Source of the DNA: Phoronis australis
Lineage: Eukaryota; Animalia; Phoronida
Assembly (NCBI GenBank): GCA_002633005.1
Contig: NMRA01000155.1
Coordinates: 68,727-132,726, forward strand
Reading direction: 5' to 3'
Length of the DNA stretch: 64,000 bases
Under the pieces are notes generated by a model. That model was not told the origin of the DNA and searched no databases. It saw only the letters and a list, made by a program, of their open reading frames with translations. The position numbers were made by a program, and so were the translations under genes. Below, in pieces: positions 35,546-50,500 of this stretch (its first letter is position 1; each line of letters starts with the position of its first letter).

Positions 35546-38500
35546 TCAGTCACCACACGGTGCTTCAGTTCCATTGCACATTGGTTGTGAACTGTATACT
35601 TCATCCTCTTCAGGGAATGAACTGAAGCTGGCCTCAGACTGAGAATGCGGCATTACGGCCGGAGGAATGACTTCAATGGTATAGAATACTTTTTTCTGTT
35701 TCATCCAACTGTATGTGTTGTCAAACCTGAGTATGTCTGCAAAGACAAAAAAGATCAAATTTTAATAGCAATTATAACACTGATTCTGACCATAACTTTG
35801 TTAACTTTAATAGCAACAGAAACATTATGAGGGTAATCTGAAGAAGATGGGGTTGGCATAAGTTAAAGTATTGCTTAACTATGTTGTTACCATTAGCTGC
35901 CAACATACACAGTAGGGTACAATAGTGTAATTTAGTTCTATTTTCACAAACCTCAAGTATCAGGGCTTAGAAAGACCAATGAAAAAAGAGGAAAATTTTC
36001 CAGGTGACATCATTTAAAGGAAATAACATAATATCAATTGAAAGTAAAATGTTGACTTTTACTATAGGACTGGCCTCTGACATAGTCCAGGAAAATGATA
36101 ACATCAATCTATTTCTGTCATGACCCCATCATGACCCCATCATGAAAAAAATCCTACGTTGACACCCCAACCAGTCGAGATTGAGCAATTTCACCAGTTT
36201 GCACAACTCAGAATCTTCCAATTTAGAACAAAGACATCCCGCTGTTTTGGTTAATCAATCGCCTCAGACTGCTAATGCTATCGTTCTCTAGATAACGAGA
36301 CAATCATAAACACATTGGGAGAAACGACAGTATGTTTAAATTTCGGTTTTGAAAGTGTAAATAGCATAATTATGTAACTATTTAAATAGTTAGTGAAAAG
36401 CACATGTGATTAGGTTTTTGAATTTTGAAAACTGGACAAGAAATGTGACTTTTAAAACCTAAAACATTTGTTTAATTTTGCAATAAAATGTTCTTCATTA
36501 ACTCTGTTTGGTGTGCAACACATTTGGGCCAATTATCAAACCACAAGGCAGCAGTTGGGTTTTGAGGTAAGCCAAGTGTTATACAATTCTTGGCATGAAA
36601 TCTATGGCTACGGAATGATCGTACAACTTACATGTTCCAGCATGGCTACATGTGACCATGCCATCTTCAGGGACAAGGTGACTGTTGACCCTTGAACTCT
36701 GGAGTATAACCTCCATTTCATTTACCTTCAGTCGACCCGCTCCAGGCGGTGTGTAGTAGACAGCATAGGCAATGTCATTGTACTCAGTGCGGAACGACCA
36801 CCTGAGGGTCAGATGAATTTAGAAGTGAGACACAGCAAGGTAAAAATGTATGCAATTTAAAGCTAAGATAAAACAAACTAAAGATGGTTCAACATGAAAA
36901 ATAGTCGGTGAGCTTCACCCAAGACATAGCACAATGACAGAGTTCAAGTGTATTAGCTCTGCTATTTCAGAAATGAAATAGAAGACAAATTAATGCAAAA
37001 TTAAAACAAAAATGGGCTCGCAGCTGAAATACACACCAGTCTCATAACAACTGGCATGGTGCTTTTGAGCCTGGGATACATAAAAACAACTTGTTTTATA
37101 GTGAAAATGAAGGGAATTTAATCTTGCATGGGTGTGATTTTGGACCCTTGCCATGTTTCTTTGTAAAAGTGACGAGAGCAACGTAAAGCATCCATCGTGT
37201 GCATTGCAAATGGTAAAGGGTGACCACTTTTTCAAATATTTCCACTGCAGTCAGATAAGCCTGAAATTCAGCGTCAGTTGTGCAGGCTCTCCTCATTAGG
37301 AACAAGTAGGACACGTTTTATGAAGAAACATATATTACGGCAGGAACAATGAAAAATTGTCACAAGGCCACACCACAGCAGTCAGACACAGAGGAAAAGA
37401 TAAAAAAATATAATTGCCACTAGAGCGCACAGCAGTGGACGGATTGGTCTGAAAGTCATCGTTAGCCGCTATCATATCCTTAACACATCTGCATAATTTC
37501 ACAACGATCCTCCAAAGAGTTACGGAGACACAGCCAAGGACAAAACAAAATTGCCACTAGGGGCCACCAGAGTAATAGAACCATCCATAGGTCTTCTTGT
37601 AAGGAACACACCTGTCATTTTCACAATGGTAAGGATGGAAAAAGGCCACGTATCACATGATACGGACATGAATTTGTGCAAAAAGTCATGAATAGAAATA
37701 CAAATGCTACCTGACCACACTGCCAACTGTGTCAACCTTGACCTCAGCACGATGAGACGATGCTCTGGGTACAACCGCTGACGTCATATTTTTGGGATCC
37801 ATGAAATGGTTTGCAGACAAGTAGTATGACTTGGGCACCTCTCCTCCAAAACAAACCTGAAACATCCACACAACATTAGACTAAGTGCTTTTAAGCATTA
37901 AAATGTCTGCTGGGGAACGTACTAGCAAAGATGGCTGCAGATGTTGCACGTTGGAAACTAGAATTATTCTTCACCATACACACAAAATAGTCTTCATAGT
38001 CTTCATGGAAATCACTCAATGTTTTACAAGGGTGTGGACGGGTACGCAACATTACCGCTAGTGTTAAACTTCACATGGTTGTAACTGCTACACGATTACC
38101 TGGAAGTACACAACCTGGAGTCACTGCCACATACGAGTACAACAGTGACCTGATTAAGTACGAGTCGTGACTGTTTACAATAACACGTACCATAGTTTGA
38201 CACTTTGGGTCATTGTTGGAGTCCAACATGGTGCCACCAAGATAGACTGGTAACTGATCAGCATCTATAGCCTTCAGCACGTGTTCCAAGTAGTCTCCTA
38301 CAGAAGCATATAACAACAAAATGTACATTTAAAATCACTTCCATATTATACTTTTCACAAATGGCAACAATTAAAACGAAAACCATTATATGTGTTGCAA
38401 TTTTACAGCACGAGTCATTGATTGGCAACCACAAAAATGCCGAAGCTTATCTGCATAAACTTAAATGCCTCACGACAATTCCAAAATGCATCGACTACCT

Positions 38501-41500
38501 AACATCTTGGTACCTGTTAATGGTGAAACCATTAAAAGTTGACCTAGTTAATCTAACCTCAGGATGAATTTATGAAAATGCACAGAAGGATGAACACTGA
38601 TCTGGAATTCTGGCAGAGAAGGCTACCACACTGCAAGGTCAACTGAATTCCCACTTTAAAAATAGCTTTGAAAGTTTAATGAGCAATACTAAACCCAGAA
38701 AGTGCACCCATGCCTCAGTCTGCTCCCAACAACCCAACAAGACCATGAACATAATTCGCTGATAAACTGTGGAATCGAACTAGTTCAACGTCTACAATCA
38801 GAGATAAATGGAGGTTCCAGGATTTCTACCACTGTGTTCTTGGTCAGGCTTATGGGTGGTATTTTGGAGTGCCAAAGCGTCGCAAAACTGTTTTTGTTGT
38901 TTGAAATTGCAGATTTTGCCCCAAAAAGCCTACACAGTATTGTTTGAATCAAAATAGTTGCATTCATACATAAAGGAGAATGCCACCAAAAAGCAACATA
39001 TTGTGCATCAGGTTAGATCGAGTAGTTCCTGACACTAGATGGCAGACTGGTGGAGAAATTATTCGATGACGTCAGTAGATCTGTTGGGCTGTTCATAAGA
39101 TGCTTATTACTGATGTCAGCTTATCACCAAGTTGGGTTGCGGTAAGTTTGATCTGTTCAGAGATGAATTAGGATTATTTTTCTATGAAATGCCAATAGGT
39201 GAGCATAGCCGTGTGTTGTAATTTTAGATTTGCAAACGTGAATATTTTGATGAATTGGCTGCAAAATTGTAAAATCCAGATTCCCCTTCTACAGAATCCA
39301 TCAAGTCAAAAGTTGTAATGCAGTACCATAACATTTGCAGTCACGAACACTCAAAACGCATAACAAATTGTATATACTGAGAGAAAGACTAACACTTTGT
39401 TTGAGTTTTATATAAACATTGGTGAGGGTGAGAATATATTTCATTTTGAAACAGAACGTACAACAATAAAGGGCAACATGGCAAGTTACAATCCTGACTT
39501 TGAATATCGAGTACTCGTCCAATTAAGATTTCACAGGTGGATCGTTAGGCTATGAGTTTGAATCAGAATGCACTGATCAAGATATACCAAAGTGGTACTG
39601 TAAACGTAGACAGCCAACAGAACACATGGATAGTTCCAAAACTGATTGAATGATTTGTCATGGTGTCAGTGTGCCAACTGCATGATAATGGAAATGACTG
39701 ATGTCATCAGATGCTGTTCACAACAGACATTTTAATGTTTACATGCCTCACTGTTTTGAGCTGATACAGGAAACAAAACGCCTCTCAGAGAAAAGAAATG
39801 TCTAGGTAAACATTAAATTTTGAATTATGGTTGTTTTTAGTTATATCAGTGACAATTTAGTTTAAAATATTTGAGCAACACGTTCATAAAAAAATGTAAA
39901 CTTAGAGTTCCGCTAAGTGAAATGGCCAACCAAAACTCAAAACACGGCCTGCTGCCTTCGAGCTTGTCCAATACTGATCCACATTTCTTTGTCTCCTGCC
40001 TGCCGAACTCAAACACACTAGGCACAGGATCTGACTTCAGCTTTAGTCTCTTTATCTGACCTGCCATGAGCTGTTTGGTGAGACGACATTTGTCAGTGAA
40101 ATCACTGTCCACCAAATGCCGGCCACAGACACGGAGATCTATGACGGCCTCATACTTGGAATTGACATGTAATCCCATTTTTTGCACCAGGAGCCACTTC
40201 CAAAGCATTTCCGGTTCTGGAGGAAATCGAAAAAAACAAAATACCACTTTTCTCGCAGCTTCAGGGTTTGCGCAAGTGGAAGGATACACCACACCAACGT
40301 GGCATGCACTCAGCTGAAGATCCATTAACATCACTGCCTTGTGTACTCACCGGTTAACGTGGCATTTCTTGGTTAAGTAAGATCAACCGTATACGAGGTG
40401 ATGTGGATATAGACCAACTAAAAGGTTATAAATAATTAATTTGGGTGGCATTCTCCTTTAAAGTCACGAGGTTTAGAAAACAAAATTTCAATGGTAAGTC
40501 ACTTTCAACGACCATAATTTGGATATTCTGAAATTTATACTCCTAAAGCCTAATAAAGGTTTAATCTAGTGTGACGCAACGGAAACATAAAAACAAAATG
40601 ATCAGTAAAAATAAAACTTACTTCCATAAACCTTAACCTTTCCAACAGTTCGCTCACTCAAGAAAGGACGGATGATTTTGTAAGCTACTGGAAAGAACCT
40701 CGGAGCTGCAAAGCAATACAGATTACGTTTTTTTTTCACACGCAGCAACAGAAGAGCTGTTCTAAAAGATGATTTTCAGACTGTTCTCAACAATACGAAC
40801 AGACACTAGTGACCAGTGTGTAGAACCTCGTTAAAACATACCCAGTTTAGAACTTAAACAAATGCTAAAACGCAGAAACATCCAAGACCAGGTAACATCT
40901 AACATACGTAAGTCTATCCCGATTACAATGAATTGCTGTACACAACTCAAAGGTGCGTTGGCATGTACGTTATAAAGGTATCTGAGAAAATATATCATCT
41001 ACTAGGCACACTTTAAGCCTTGAAATGTTTTGCAAAGGTACATCAGGTCTGCTCACAGTTATCACCATGTTCACAAGTGTGCAAAGTGTAATACTTTCCA
41101 GAGAAAGAGGGCAGTGGTTTGCAGCAAGTATACACTTGCGACAGCATAAAATGGTGATGCAAAAAGACAACTTCCAATGTCTTTAATTATTGTTTTCCAA
41201 TCAAATGCAAAGAATTCTTAGCAAAACAAGGTTTTATTTTACAAAAAGTGTCAACAACTGTTATGAGTACCTTCGACCAATTATGAATTAGCAACTAATT
41301 ATGCTATAAGGGTTTCCTTGGAAACAAGATTTTTTACTAACATGCCAGTATCTTGTACTAATATGCTGGTACATGTATCTAAATTGTAAATCCCTTTCAA
41401 TCATACATACCGTTGATAACATAGTTTGCCTTCAGAGTCTCCGGATAATTATCTTCAAACATTTTCAAAATATCACAGAATACGTCCATCCCTAGAGAAA

Positions 41501-44500
41501 TAAGAAATTGTTTAATCTGATGAAAACTGGCAAGTGGATGCAAGTGGCAGCCATAATGAGAAGGGGTTATTAAGAAAAAATGACACAATGCAAACACAGA
41601 ATAGACACAGTGTAACAAAAAATATTCTTTAACATGTCTGACACCAAAAATTAAAAACATTCAAAAGCAAATCAAATGTTTTTCAAAAATTTATTTTTAC
41701 AATGCATTTTGCATTCATAATCATTATTGTTCAATTTAGATATGTCTTTTTCAGGTCCAACCATCTGTTTCACCCGAGCTAGCAAAACAGACAAGCATGC
41801 CCCCTGTTGGAATTCAAATTACCTGGTTTGTACAGATGTCCCAAGTGGACTTTATCGAGGTCGAAGATTAGACTGATCTGACCAACTCTCCTTCCAAGCT
41901 GTGGACAAACAATTTCAGATACAGTGAGTACAAGAGGAATAAAAAACAAATAACCCCAGGCACTCAGTCCTCTGCATTCTTTTACGACACAATCATGGTT
42001 ACTTGAAACATTAACAGATTGGACTTTGCATCACAGATAGGGAGGAGCATAGTGTGAAACAAAGTACTTGTACTGTGACCCCAAGACTTGTTATAGCTTA
42101 GTGCACACAGAAACCATAATCAGGCAAGGACTTTCAACAATGCAATTCAGGCACATCAAATACACCGTAAACTAAATGACGCTTAGATTGTAAATATTTT
42201 TCTATGCTCTTGATACCTAAGAAAAAACTGCCCGCACCAATGACCACTCCTATAGTAAAATTGGTAAGTTCCACGCACTGAAATATGTTATCCACAGACT
42301 TTGATGCGTTTTAAACCAAGAGGACAAACAGAGTCACCAGATGGCACCTTAACAAGAACTCATAGGTGAGGTTTGTTGTTGTGAAAGCATCTAAAAATCA
42401 TTTCTAAGATGTAATAGTCCTCTTACACCAACCACTGGCCTCTTTACAATGGCATGACATTTCCGTCAGTCATTTCTTCTGCCATCACCATTGGGCCAGA
42501 CACAGTAGAAACTCCACAAATAACAAGACCAAAAAGAACACACTACCAAAGTTGATACTGTCATGCATGCGTATAGAGCTTTAGGATAGTCATTGTTATT
42601 CCAGTGTTTAATGGCTTTGAATGTGATATACATGAACACGTGTTCAAGTAGTGGTCAAATTAACCCAGCGGAGGGAAAGAGTATTATGGAATTAAATAAT
42701 CACCTCCTTGCTTCGTTTTTCCATCGCTCTGAGTATGCTTTCTAACACATACACCTTGCTCTTGATGATGTCTTGTTTCTTTGCAGAATGAACAATACCT
42801 AACACATAAAATGTTACAAACAGGTCACGACCAATCATGCACACAAGACAAGACACGATGTAACATATACACCATACTGAAAGAACAATTTGGAACAATG
42901 AATAAAAGATAATGGCTCATGAATTCATTCATCCTGTTAGCAATAGATCACATCACAATGATGAATGTTTAGTGACACTCAATTAGCAGTAAGTGACCAC
43001 AAACATTTTGTTCCATCCAAGACGAACAACTTATGACTTAGACACTTGCGGCTTTAACAAAAAACACCCACAAAGTCCCACAGAGGACAAGGACCACTGA
43101 TGTTGCAAATTATTACAGGCACGGTGCCATACTTAACTCTGTCACGCATAGACAGCGCATCCCCGAAATGTGCGACAGCGATCAACTTGGTACAAATAAC
43201 AGGATAACAGCAAGTCAGTAAACCGGCATATAAGGAATACATTCAAGTATATTTGATAAACAACGGAAGTCAACAATTAATAATAGTCAATTCTGATATG
43301 CAGAGACATTTAGCAATGTGAGCGGACATAAAATCGAAAACACAAGAGTGACGAAAACACGTCTTAACACCATCAGAAATCCACACGCCAATCACTCATC
43401 GCGCACATCTCACATAATCTTGAAGTGACGTTAGCAGTGAGTTAGGATTGGTCTCAACTTGCTCCCAACTCAGATGAGAAGTGATTTCTATGTTTGCAAA
43501 CACATGAAAGTCCGTTGAACCTTGAGACCACGCTTGCCCCAAAAAACAACACGCTTGTATGTGGCTTTTGTTGATTCCTGCTTTTATCTTTCAAGACTGA
43601 CACCAATGACACATTTAGAATAAGACAGAATGAGGATTGGTTGAAATCATCAACACAAGGTTTATAATGTATCATTTTAGAAAAGCATTCTCAGGTGTGA
43701 GTGTTAGAAAAAAAGTGTTACAGAGTGAAAATCACGTGTTATCAGTACTATGAAACAACAAGCATTACTATTGATGTCTGTAATCTAATGCATCATCAAC
43801 TGGTACCTTTCAAATCAATGTGCCCAAATGGATCAATCCACACTGGACAACCATCTATATCGTAGCCACATAGTCCCCCTGTGTAGTACTTCCTCACGAC
43901 TTCGGGTGGCGACCATGTCTCCAGGATAGTGTCAGCTCCAATTTCTTTGCGCCAGGCAAAGCTCTGGTATAAAATCAATACAATGGGGCTATTCGGAAAA
44001 TCTACAATAACTAGAGGGCGTGCGTGTACTAGTGGTGATAGATTAACAGCCTCGATTTCGCGAGCCCTTTAAATACATGGTGAAATGGCTTGCAGCCGTG
44101 CCAACTGAATCTGAGATTGCGTAAAAAGGGTGCTTCTATGAGAGGAAGTATGCACGACCTCATACAAAGGTAAGGTTTGTGATTATTTTAACGAATATTC
44201 CATGATTATTCCACCGATGCCTGTTAACTGAGGCACTCGCCGATGTCGACTTCGCGGCAGTCAGTCGCCAGCCAGAGTCTGGTTAATCTTTGTATGTTGT
44301 GATATGTGATACGATACTTGACGTAGCAATCGGGATCTTTTCATACATCAAAGCATTATTATTGTTTGGAATGATTTCTAAAAGTTTATCAGTGACAGTT
44401 ACNATCATCTTCCCAAAAACACTGATTAGCCGTGTTCCTCTGGCACTGAGGGGCAGGGCTGGCACTGAAGGGCAGGGCTGGTTGAAAAGTGAAAAGACCT

Positions 44501-47500
44501 GTCCTGGTGATGACAGTGCCAAATTCCATGAATATCCAACCAGGGGTTCATAAAATATTAAACAGACAACTGAATGTTCTAAATTGCTGGCACAGGATGA
44601 CCACAAAACCACATTACATGTATACTGTCTGGTAAATGTATGTGGGCAAATAAACATCAGACACATGATTAGAAACAAGTGTGTATTACATTTGTGTATC
44701 ATACAAAAGATGTGATTATCATGAATTCAAAAAATATTGGTCTACAGTTAATAATTTGAAAGCTTTACATGAAATTAGATCCTTGGTAATGAAGGCAGTT
44801 ATTACCTTCATGGCTAAGTACAAATTCTTACCAATGAGCCAGCGTGTAAGAAACACATCATCGTGGTCAGGTTGCAGAATGTCTTGGATATTTTCCCTGA
44901 ACTAGAAATTACAGAAATATGTCAGCAACTCTATGGCAAGAGTTCATGGTAATTCTCACATTGTTGGCAGGCAGATGGGAAGGTGTAGATGGCGTCAATT
45001 TCATAAAAGTGACAGAAATTTGGTCTTATGCTACCTTTTGACAACTGCTGAAAAACATCTAGTCAAGTAAATGTGAGCGCATCGCAGTCTAGAAGGAATT
45101 TCAAGGAATCATATCAAAAGTGCAATATTCACACAAAACTGATAGTTATTAACTATCAGTTTTGTGTGAATATTGCACTTTTGCTCAAGTAACATTTAAT
45201 TATTTTGCATAAGTTTTGAGTGCGGAGCACAAGGTAAAATTTCTGGCTTTGAAGTCTTAAAGTCACGTTTAATGAAACAGACCACTCTAGAGGAGGCAGT
45301 GTGGCTTGGTTGATAAGTGCCCGCTTTCTTTACTCGAGGTCGTGGGTTCGAGTCCCACCAGGTCACACTGCTAAACCCTTGAGCCAGGTTTCTAGCTCCT
45401 CAGCTCAGTTTTAACGATATATTAATAAAGCATAAAAATATTTCCAGGTGATCAATGCAATGGACCCACATGCGAGGCCTGCGCACGTCTGGTACAACGT
45501 GTATCAGACCACCTGCACTTACTTTATAAACAGACCACTCAGGCCCGTAGCCAGCATTGCGCAAGGGGTGGTTCGAATTTCTGGAACAGTGCACCTTTGA
45601 TATTTTGCAAAGATCGACTCGGTATAGTTTCAGTAAGGCCCCTGACGCAGCTTAATTAGGAAATGACTCTCAGCTCTATGTTCCTGAGATGAGACGGAAA
45701 AAATGAGGATGCCGCAACAGCTGCTCCCAAATAATGGGACTAAAATTCGGATATGTTGAAATGCGGTCCAGAACGAGAACGTTCTTACGTTACCTTTCGC
45801 CAAACTTTCAAATCAAGCGTGCTTAAATACATACTCGGATGGAATTTTTTAGTCTGTGAATGACTAGAAATTTCTATCTGATTGTATTCTTGCGTGTTAC
45901 TTACATCACTGGAAAAGGGAATAGCCCAATATTCTGAAGGTTCACTACTACGAAGGTTCACTACTCCGAAAATATCTAAAGTTTCGAGCACAGGTTTAAT
46001 TTTTATACTTTTGCATGCGAAAGTAAACACTTTGGTTATCATATGCGCTGAATGGTGTACCTAAACCGAAAATAGCATCCGGGTACTATTGATTTCATGC
46101 GCACACGAAATTACCAGCATCTTTTACGAATACGAAAAACTAAGTAGCTCTTGCATTTTTATATGATGCCAAACCCAGACTTGGCCTATTGACATATTAT
46201 CAAAATGACTTTCCCATTCAGTTCTCTGAAACAAAATAATACTCTGTAACCATTGACAACCCTCAAACGTTTGCTGAAAATTATGAATGAAAACTCCTTT
46301 CAAAGTTTGCTAAACGGAAGAGCGAAGAAAGCTTTTTGCGACTTGCACAGCAACTGTGGGAAAAGTCCACCCACCAAATTTTGACATGGGGTGTATGAAT
46401 TTTCAATTGATTACTTAAAAAGGATTCAAAACCCTATTTTGATGATTTCAACCGGCCCTCATTCTCTCACTTGCTGAAGCACCAATGGCGTCAATCTTAA
46501 AAGATAAAGCAGGAATCAACTAAGAATTCATACCCACTACCTCACGAATTGGACATTATGGTCCTTGGTGGGTAGTGTTTTCCAACAGATGCAGCGTAAC
46601 TCGCTAAAAGGGTAGGTCACACTTGCCTCTTTAGCAGAATTTGCAACTAGTTTTCTAATTTTCCTCAAAATTTTTGAGGGTTGTCGAGCCATTAAAGAGC
46701 ATAATTCTGTTTCATAGAATAGGATGGGAAAGTCGTTTTTAGTATCTGTTAATAGGACAAAACCGGGTTTGGTATACTTTTAACTTGGAAGATTGACGCC
46801 AGTGATGCATTAGCTGCTGATTAGCAGGTGACAGAATGAGGATTGGTGGAAATCATCACAAGGTTATCCTTTTAAAAGATTACAAAGTAAGGATATCGGA
46901 TGAATCATTACGTCACCCAACGGAACTGCACTCATGGCCGGTCGAAACTAAATATATAGTTAGAAGGTTATCCTGTCCCTGCCAGTCTTCACAAAGTCAG
47001 AGAATCCCATTTAGTTTTCTTAAAACCGCCGTTGGTCGCCACAGCCCGGACACGTGCCCCGGATGTCCCTGCTTGAGAATGAGTCCTTAGTTAGATTCAA
47101 GAATCACATTTGAAAGTGATTGGACCTGAGTTCATTTGTAAATAATGTAATCAATGTTTTAAGAACTATTCAACTCTAGCACACCCTTTAAATGGTTACT
47201 AAATCCATACAAATACCATGTTTCATTCATGTCTGTTGGACTCAAAAGCAGACAGTCCAATGAACCTTTGGAGTATTGAAACTTCAGAGTAAAAAGTGGA
47301 CCTTTGGAATAGTGACACTTAACCTTGGAAATCTTTTCCATCAAATTTGATGCTACTATGAAGTCTGCGAAACTGTGCACCACTGTCAGTGATTGACAAG
47401 GGAATACTTTCTTCATTAACCTAAGTTTTATTAGGTTTAGACCTGCTTTTGCCTAATAATGTGAACATATTAGTTTCCTCAGTGCAAGAGCACACGGTAG

Positions 47501-50500
47501 TAAAATGTCTGATTTTAATTTGAGCGACAAAAGAGGACTGCCTATAGTGAACTTACCGTCGGCGTGTACTGGATTTAAAAGAATGGAAATGCACACGCGA
47601 GTACACGCGCATGCATCAAACTGGACATTGGATGAACAACAATTTAATGGCGGATTTAGAGGGGGCCAAGGGGACCATGGCCCCCCTAAAATTCTCCCAG
47701 ATTTTATTAGGCAGTTCGGGGGTGCGAATGTCAGACGGGCCAAATCTTGGCTAATACTCTGCCCTAGCAACCCTAACTCAAAATCCCGATCCGCCTCTGC
47801 AATCATTTGACGATCACCTTCAATTGAAAATTTGAAATGCCTGCCCCTTACCATACTAAGTAAGTTAGCAAGTATATTAAAATAGAAGATAATCATAATA
47901 TTTTCCGCTGTTTTGTTTCTTAGTCGATTCTAAGACATTCACGCCACACTACTTTTTGAGAGCTCTTTCGCTGCTAGTTATAGACATTTACTCCCTTGTT
48001 ACCCTATCGTTGACCAAATGGGTGAACGTTAAGCCGTTAAATTACGTGCGTAAGATAATTCTTGTTAGAGGCGTAATTAACTGCGGCGTAAAAAATTATT
48101 TGTGGTGTACAGTAATTTTTTACGGCGTAAAGTAATTATGACGTAAAGTGATTATTACGTTATGGCGTAAAGTTAGTATTTGCGGCACTAAAAGTTACTT
48201 GATGCAGCAAATAATTACTTTACGCCGTAAATAATTACTCTATGCCGTAAATAATTTCTTTACGCCATAAATTATAACTTTAAGGCGTAAATAATTACTT
48301 TACGGCTCTAAGAAGAATTGACTCACGCACGTTATTTAGGGGCTCAACTTTCACCCACCTGGTCAACGATAATAGCGATGATAATGGTGGAGCAACCGGG
48401 CATGACCAATGCCAATGAATGACTTAAAGCCTCCTCTAATCGTCTGCACGATCCTGCCATATGCGCAAACTTCACTGAGGCGAAGTTGGGCCCTGGGGCC
48501 GGGTAGTGCCCGTTGATTACGCGAAGCGCCTTGAATCAGACGCAAATTCTTCTAACTTAGTTATAATTGTAGTTACAGTGCAGTGGTACCAGTAGCTGCA
48601 ACAGTGTTGTTGTTGCTGTTATCCATATAATCTCCAACGGATAGGCTGGGGCTGGACCTTTTCCGTGGGGGGGTTCGATCCAATCCCCCGAACCCAACCT
48701 GGCTACGGGCCAACCACTGGTCATCAAATGACAAAGAATATATAGACAAGATGTTCAAAATAAAATTGACCAGTGTTCAAAGGACTCCAAAGAGCATGAA
48801 CACACACTATAACCACCAGAATCACTGAAGATCATGCAAGGCCAACATTTATCTCCTAGTCATGTAGTAAGCAAGCTAACTGTGGCCTTAGAATCGAAAA
48901 ATCTCACCAATCTAGGACGCAATATGGCAGACAAGTAAACTTCATTTTTTGATGTTTTCCATGTAAAAAATAATTACCAAATTAATGCTGGTGTTCAAGT
49001 TCAGTTAGCTGAGACTACAAAATATTTTTGAAGAATTTACATTTGAAGACTTGTAAAAAGGAAAATTTTTGGATATTAATTTTGGCCAAATCTGTTGAGA
49101 TCTTATAATCAAGCAACATGGTCACCGCACATAAAAGTGACTGCAGATGCTTTCTTGAGACCAACAAAATATGAGAGTGATAATGTTTACATGTCAACAC
49201 ACACAATGGTCGACTGTGTTTGTAAGCCAAGAGTTTTTCTCACCCAACTCATGCCCTTCAGATACCGGCACTGCAGAAGAATTTATTAATGCCCGTAACA
49301 TTTGAAGGCATGCACCTTATCAGCCGGAATTTATCCTCTAACTTAAAAATCAACACTTTTTCACAAATTAATCAAGGTAACATTGCATTCTTTCATCCTT
49401 CCCAATACTACAAAACAATTCAGAATACAATCACACTCTGTTTGTGTTCTGCAACTGAGTTCACTGCAAGGGAAAACTCGAGGCATAATTCAAGCCATGG
49501 CTTGAATGGGTGTTTGTGAGAGCATATTGATTTGAATCGAGTAACTATTTGATTTGGGTATTGGGCAAACAAAAGTAAAAAATAATGACAATTAATTACA
49601 ACAAAAAATGACTAAGGCTTAGATCCAAACATGAGGGCCCTAATAGCTATCAGTACACAGTAGACAGCCAAAAGCCAAGTCAAAGTATGCGAATCAGAAA
49701 TTATTGTAATAGTTCTACATGCTACCAGCAGTATATTATAAGCTATATAAAGGTCGATTATAGTCTGCAGCTGATACCAGCGTAGCTCCTGCCCATGAAT
49801 GAAGATTGTGATAATCAATTTAAAAATTATAATTTGTACATGGCCTTCACATCTGTCAACACCAAACTAGACTACAAAATTAAGAAATTACTCCAATTGC
49901 TCTATTCGTGGCGCATTTCTAAACAAAGTCTATAGGCAATTTCATTAATTGGGTAACTTTATTGAATAAAAAGTGGAAAATTACAGTACAGGACACAATC
50001 AGTTGTTTACTCATCAGTGTTTAAACATCCTGGCAAGGAAATACATTTGAAAAGGCCAAGTGAATGACCTCAGAATCTTGGCAAGCACAAAAGGATTAAG
50101 CAAAAATGAATACAGAAGAGCCAAAACGACGCTCGACTCCAAAAAACATTTGATGAGCTAGTCATCTGAATATATAAGCCAGCCACGCCGAGAGGAGTAG
50201 CAGTCAGACGGTGTAGGCAACATACCTGTGGAGACAAAGGCATACATGTGGTGGCCCCATAATCGGAATGCTAAATGAATTTACCTTTTGTTCCAAAAAA
50301 TAATGCATATTAAACAATTTGACAGTGCCACCATCTGAACAGGAACGAGCAGTGTAAGAATGTCCAGTGTCTGATTTGAGCAAGTGAATGAAGGACTGTA
50401 AAAATACTTGGAAGACTTAAAGACATCCACAGTTCCCTGAGGTGTCCCTGTACAAAAAGTAGTTACTGTATTGTATCATGACTTTATAGAGGGCCTATGG

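Noticed and set aside
35546-35660. FFAT motif in the acidic SEC14L C-terminal extension
   Set aside because: [10 protein letters not shown] matches EFFDAxE too poorly.
45293-45370. tRNA gene
   Set aside because: A and B boxes are present but there is no closed cloverleaf, and the sequence continues into a SINE-like body.
47453-47896. 147-aa minus and 101-aa plus ORFs
   Set aside because: Both read through a family-B MITE; not coding.
48060-48310. CRISPR-like repeat array
   Set aside because: Units abut without unique spacers, flip orientation mid-way and lie inside a TA-flanked MITE in eukaryotic DNA.
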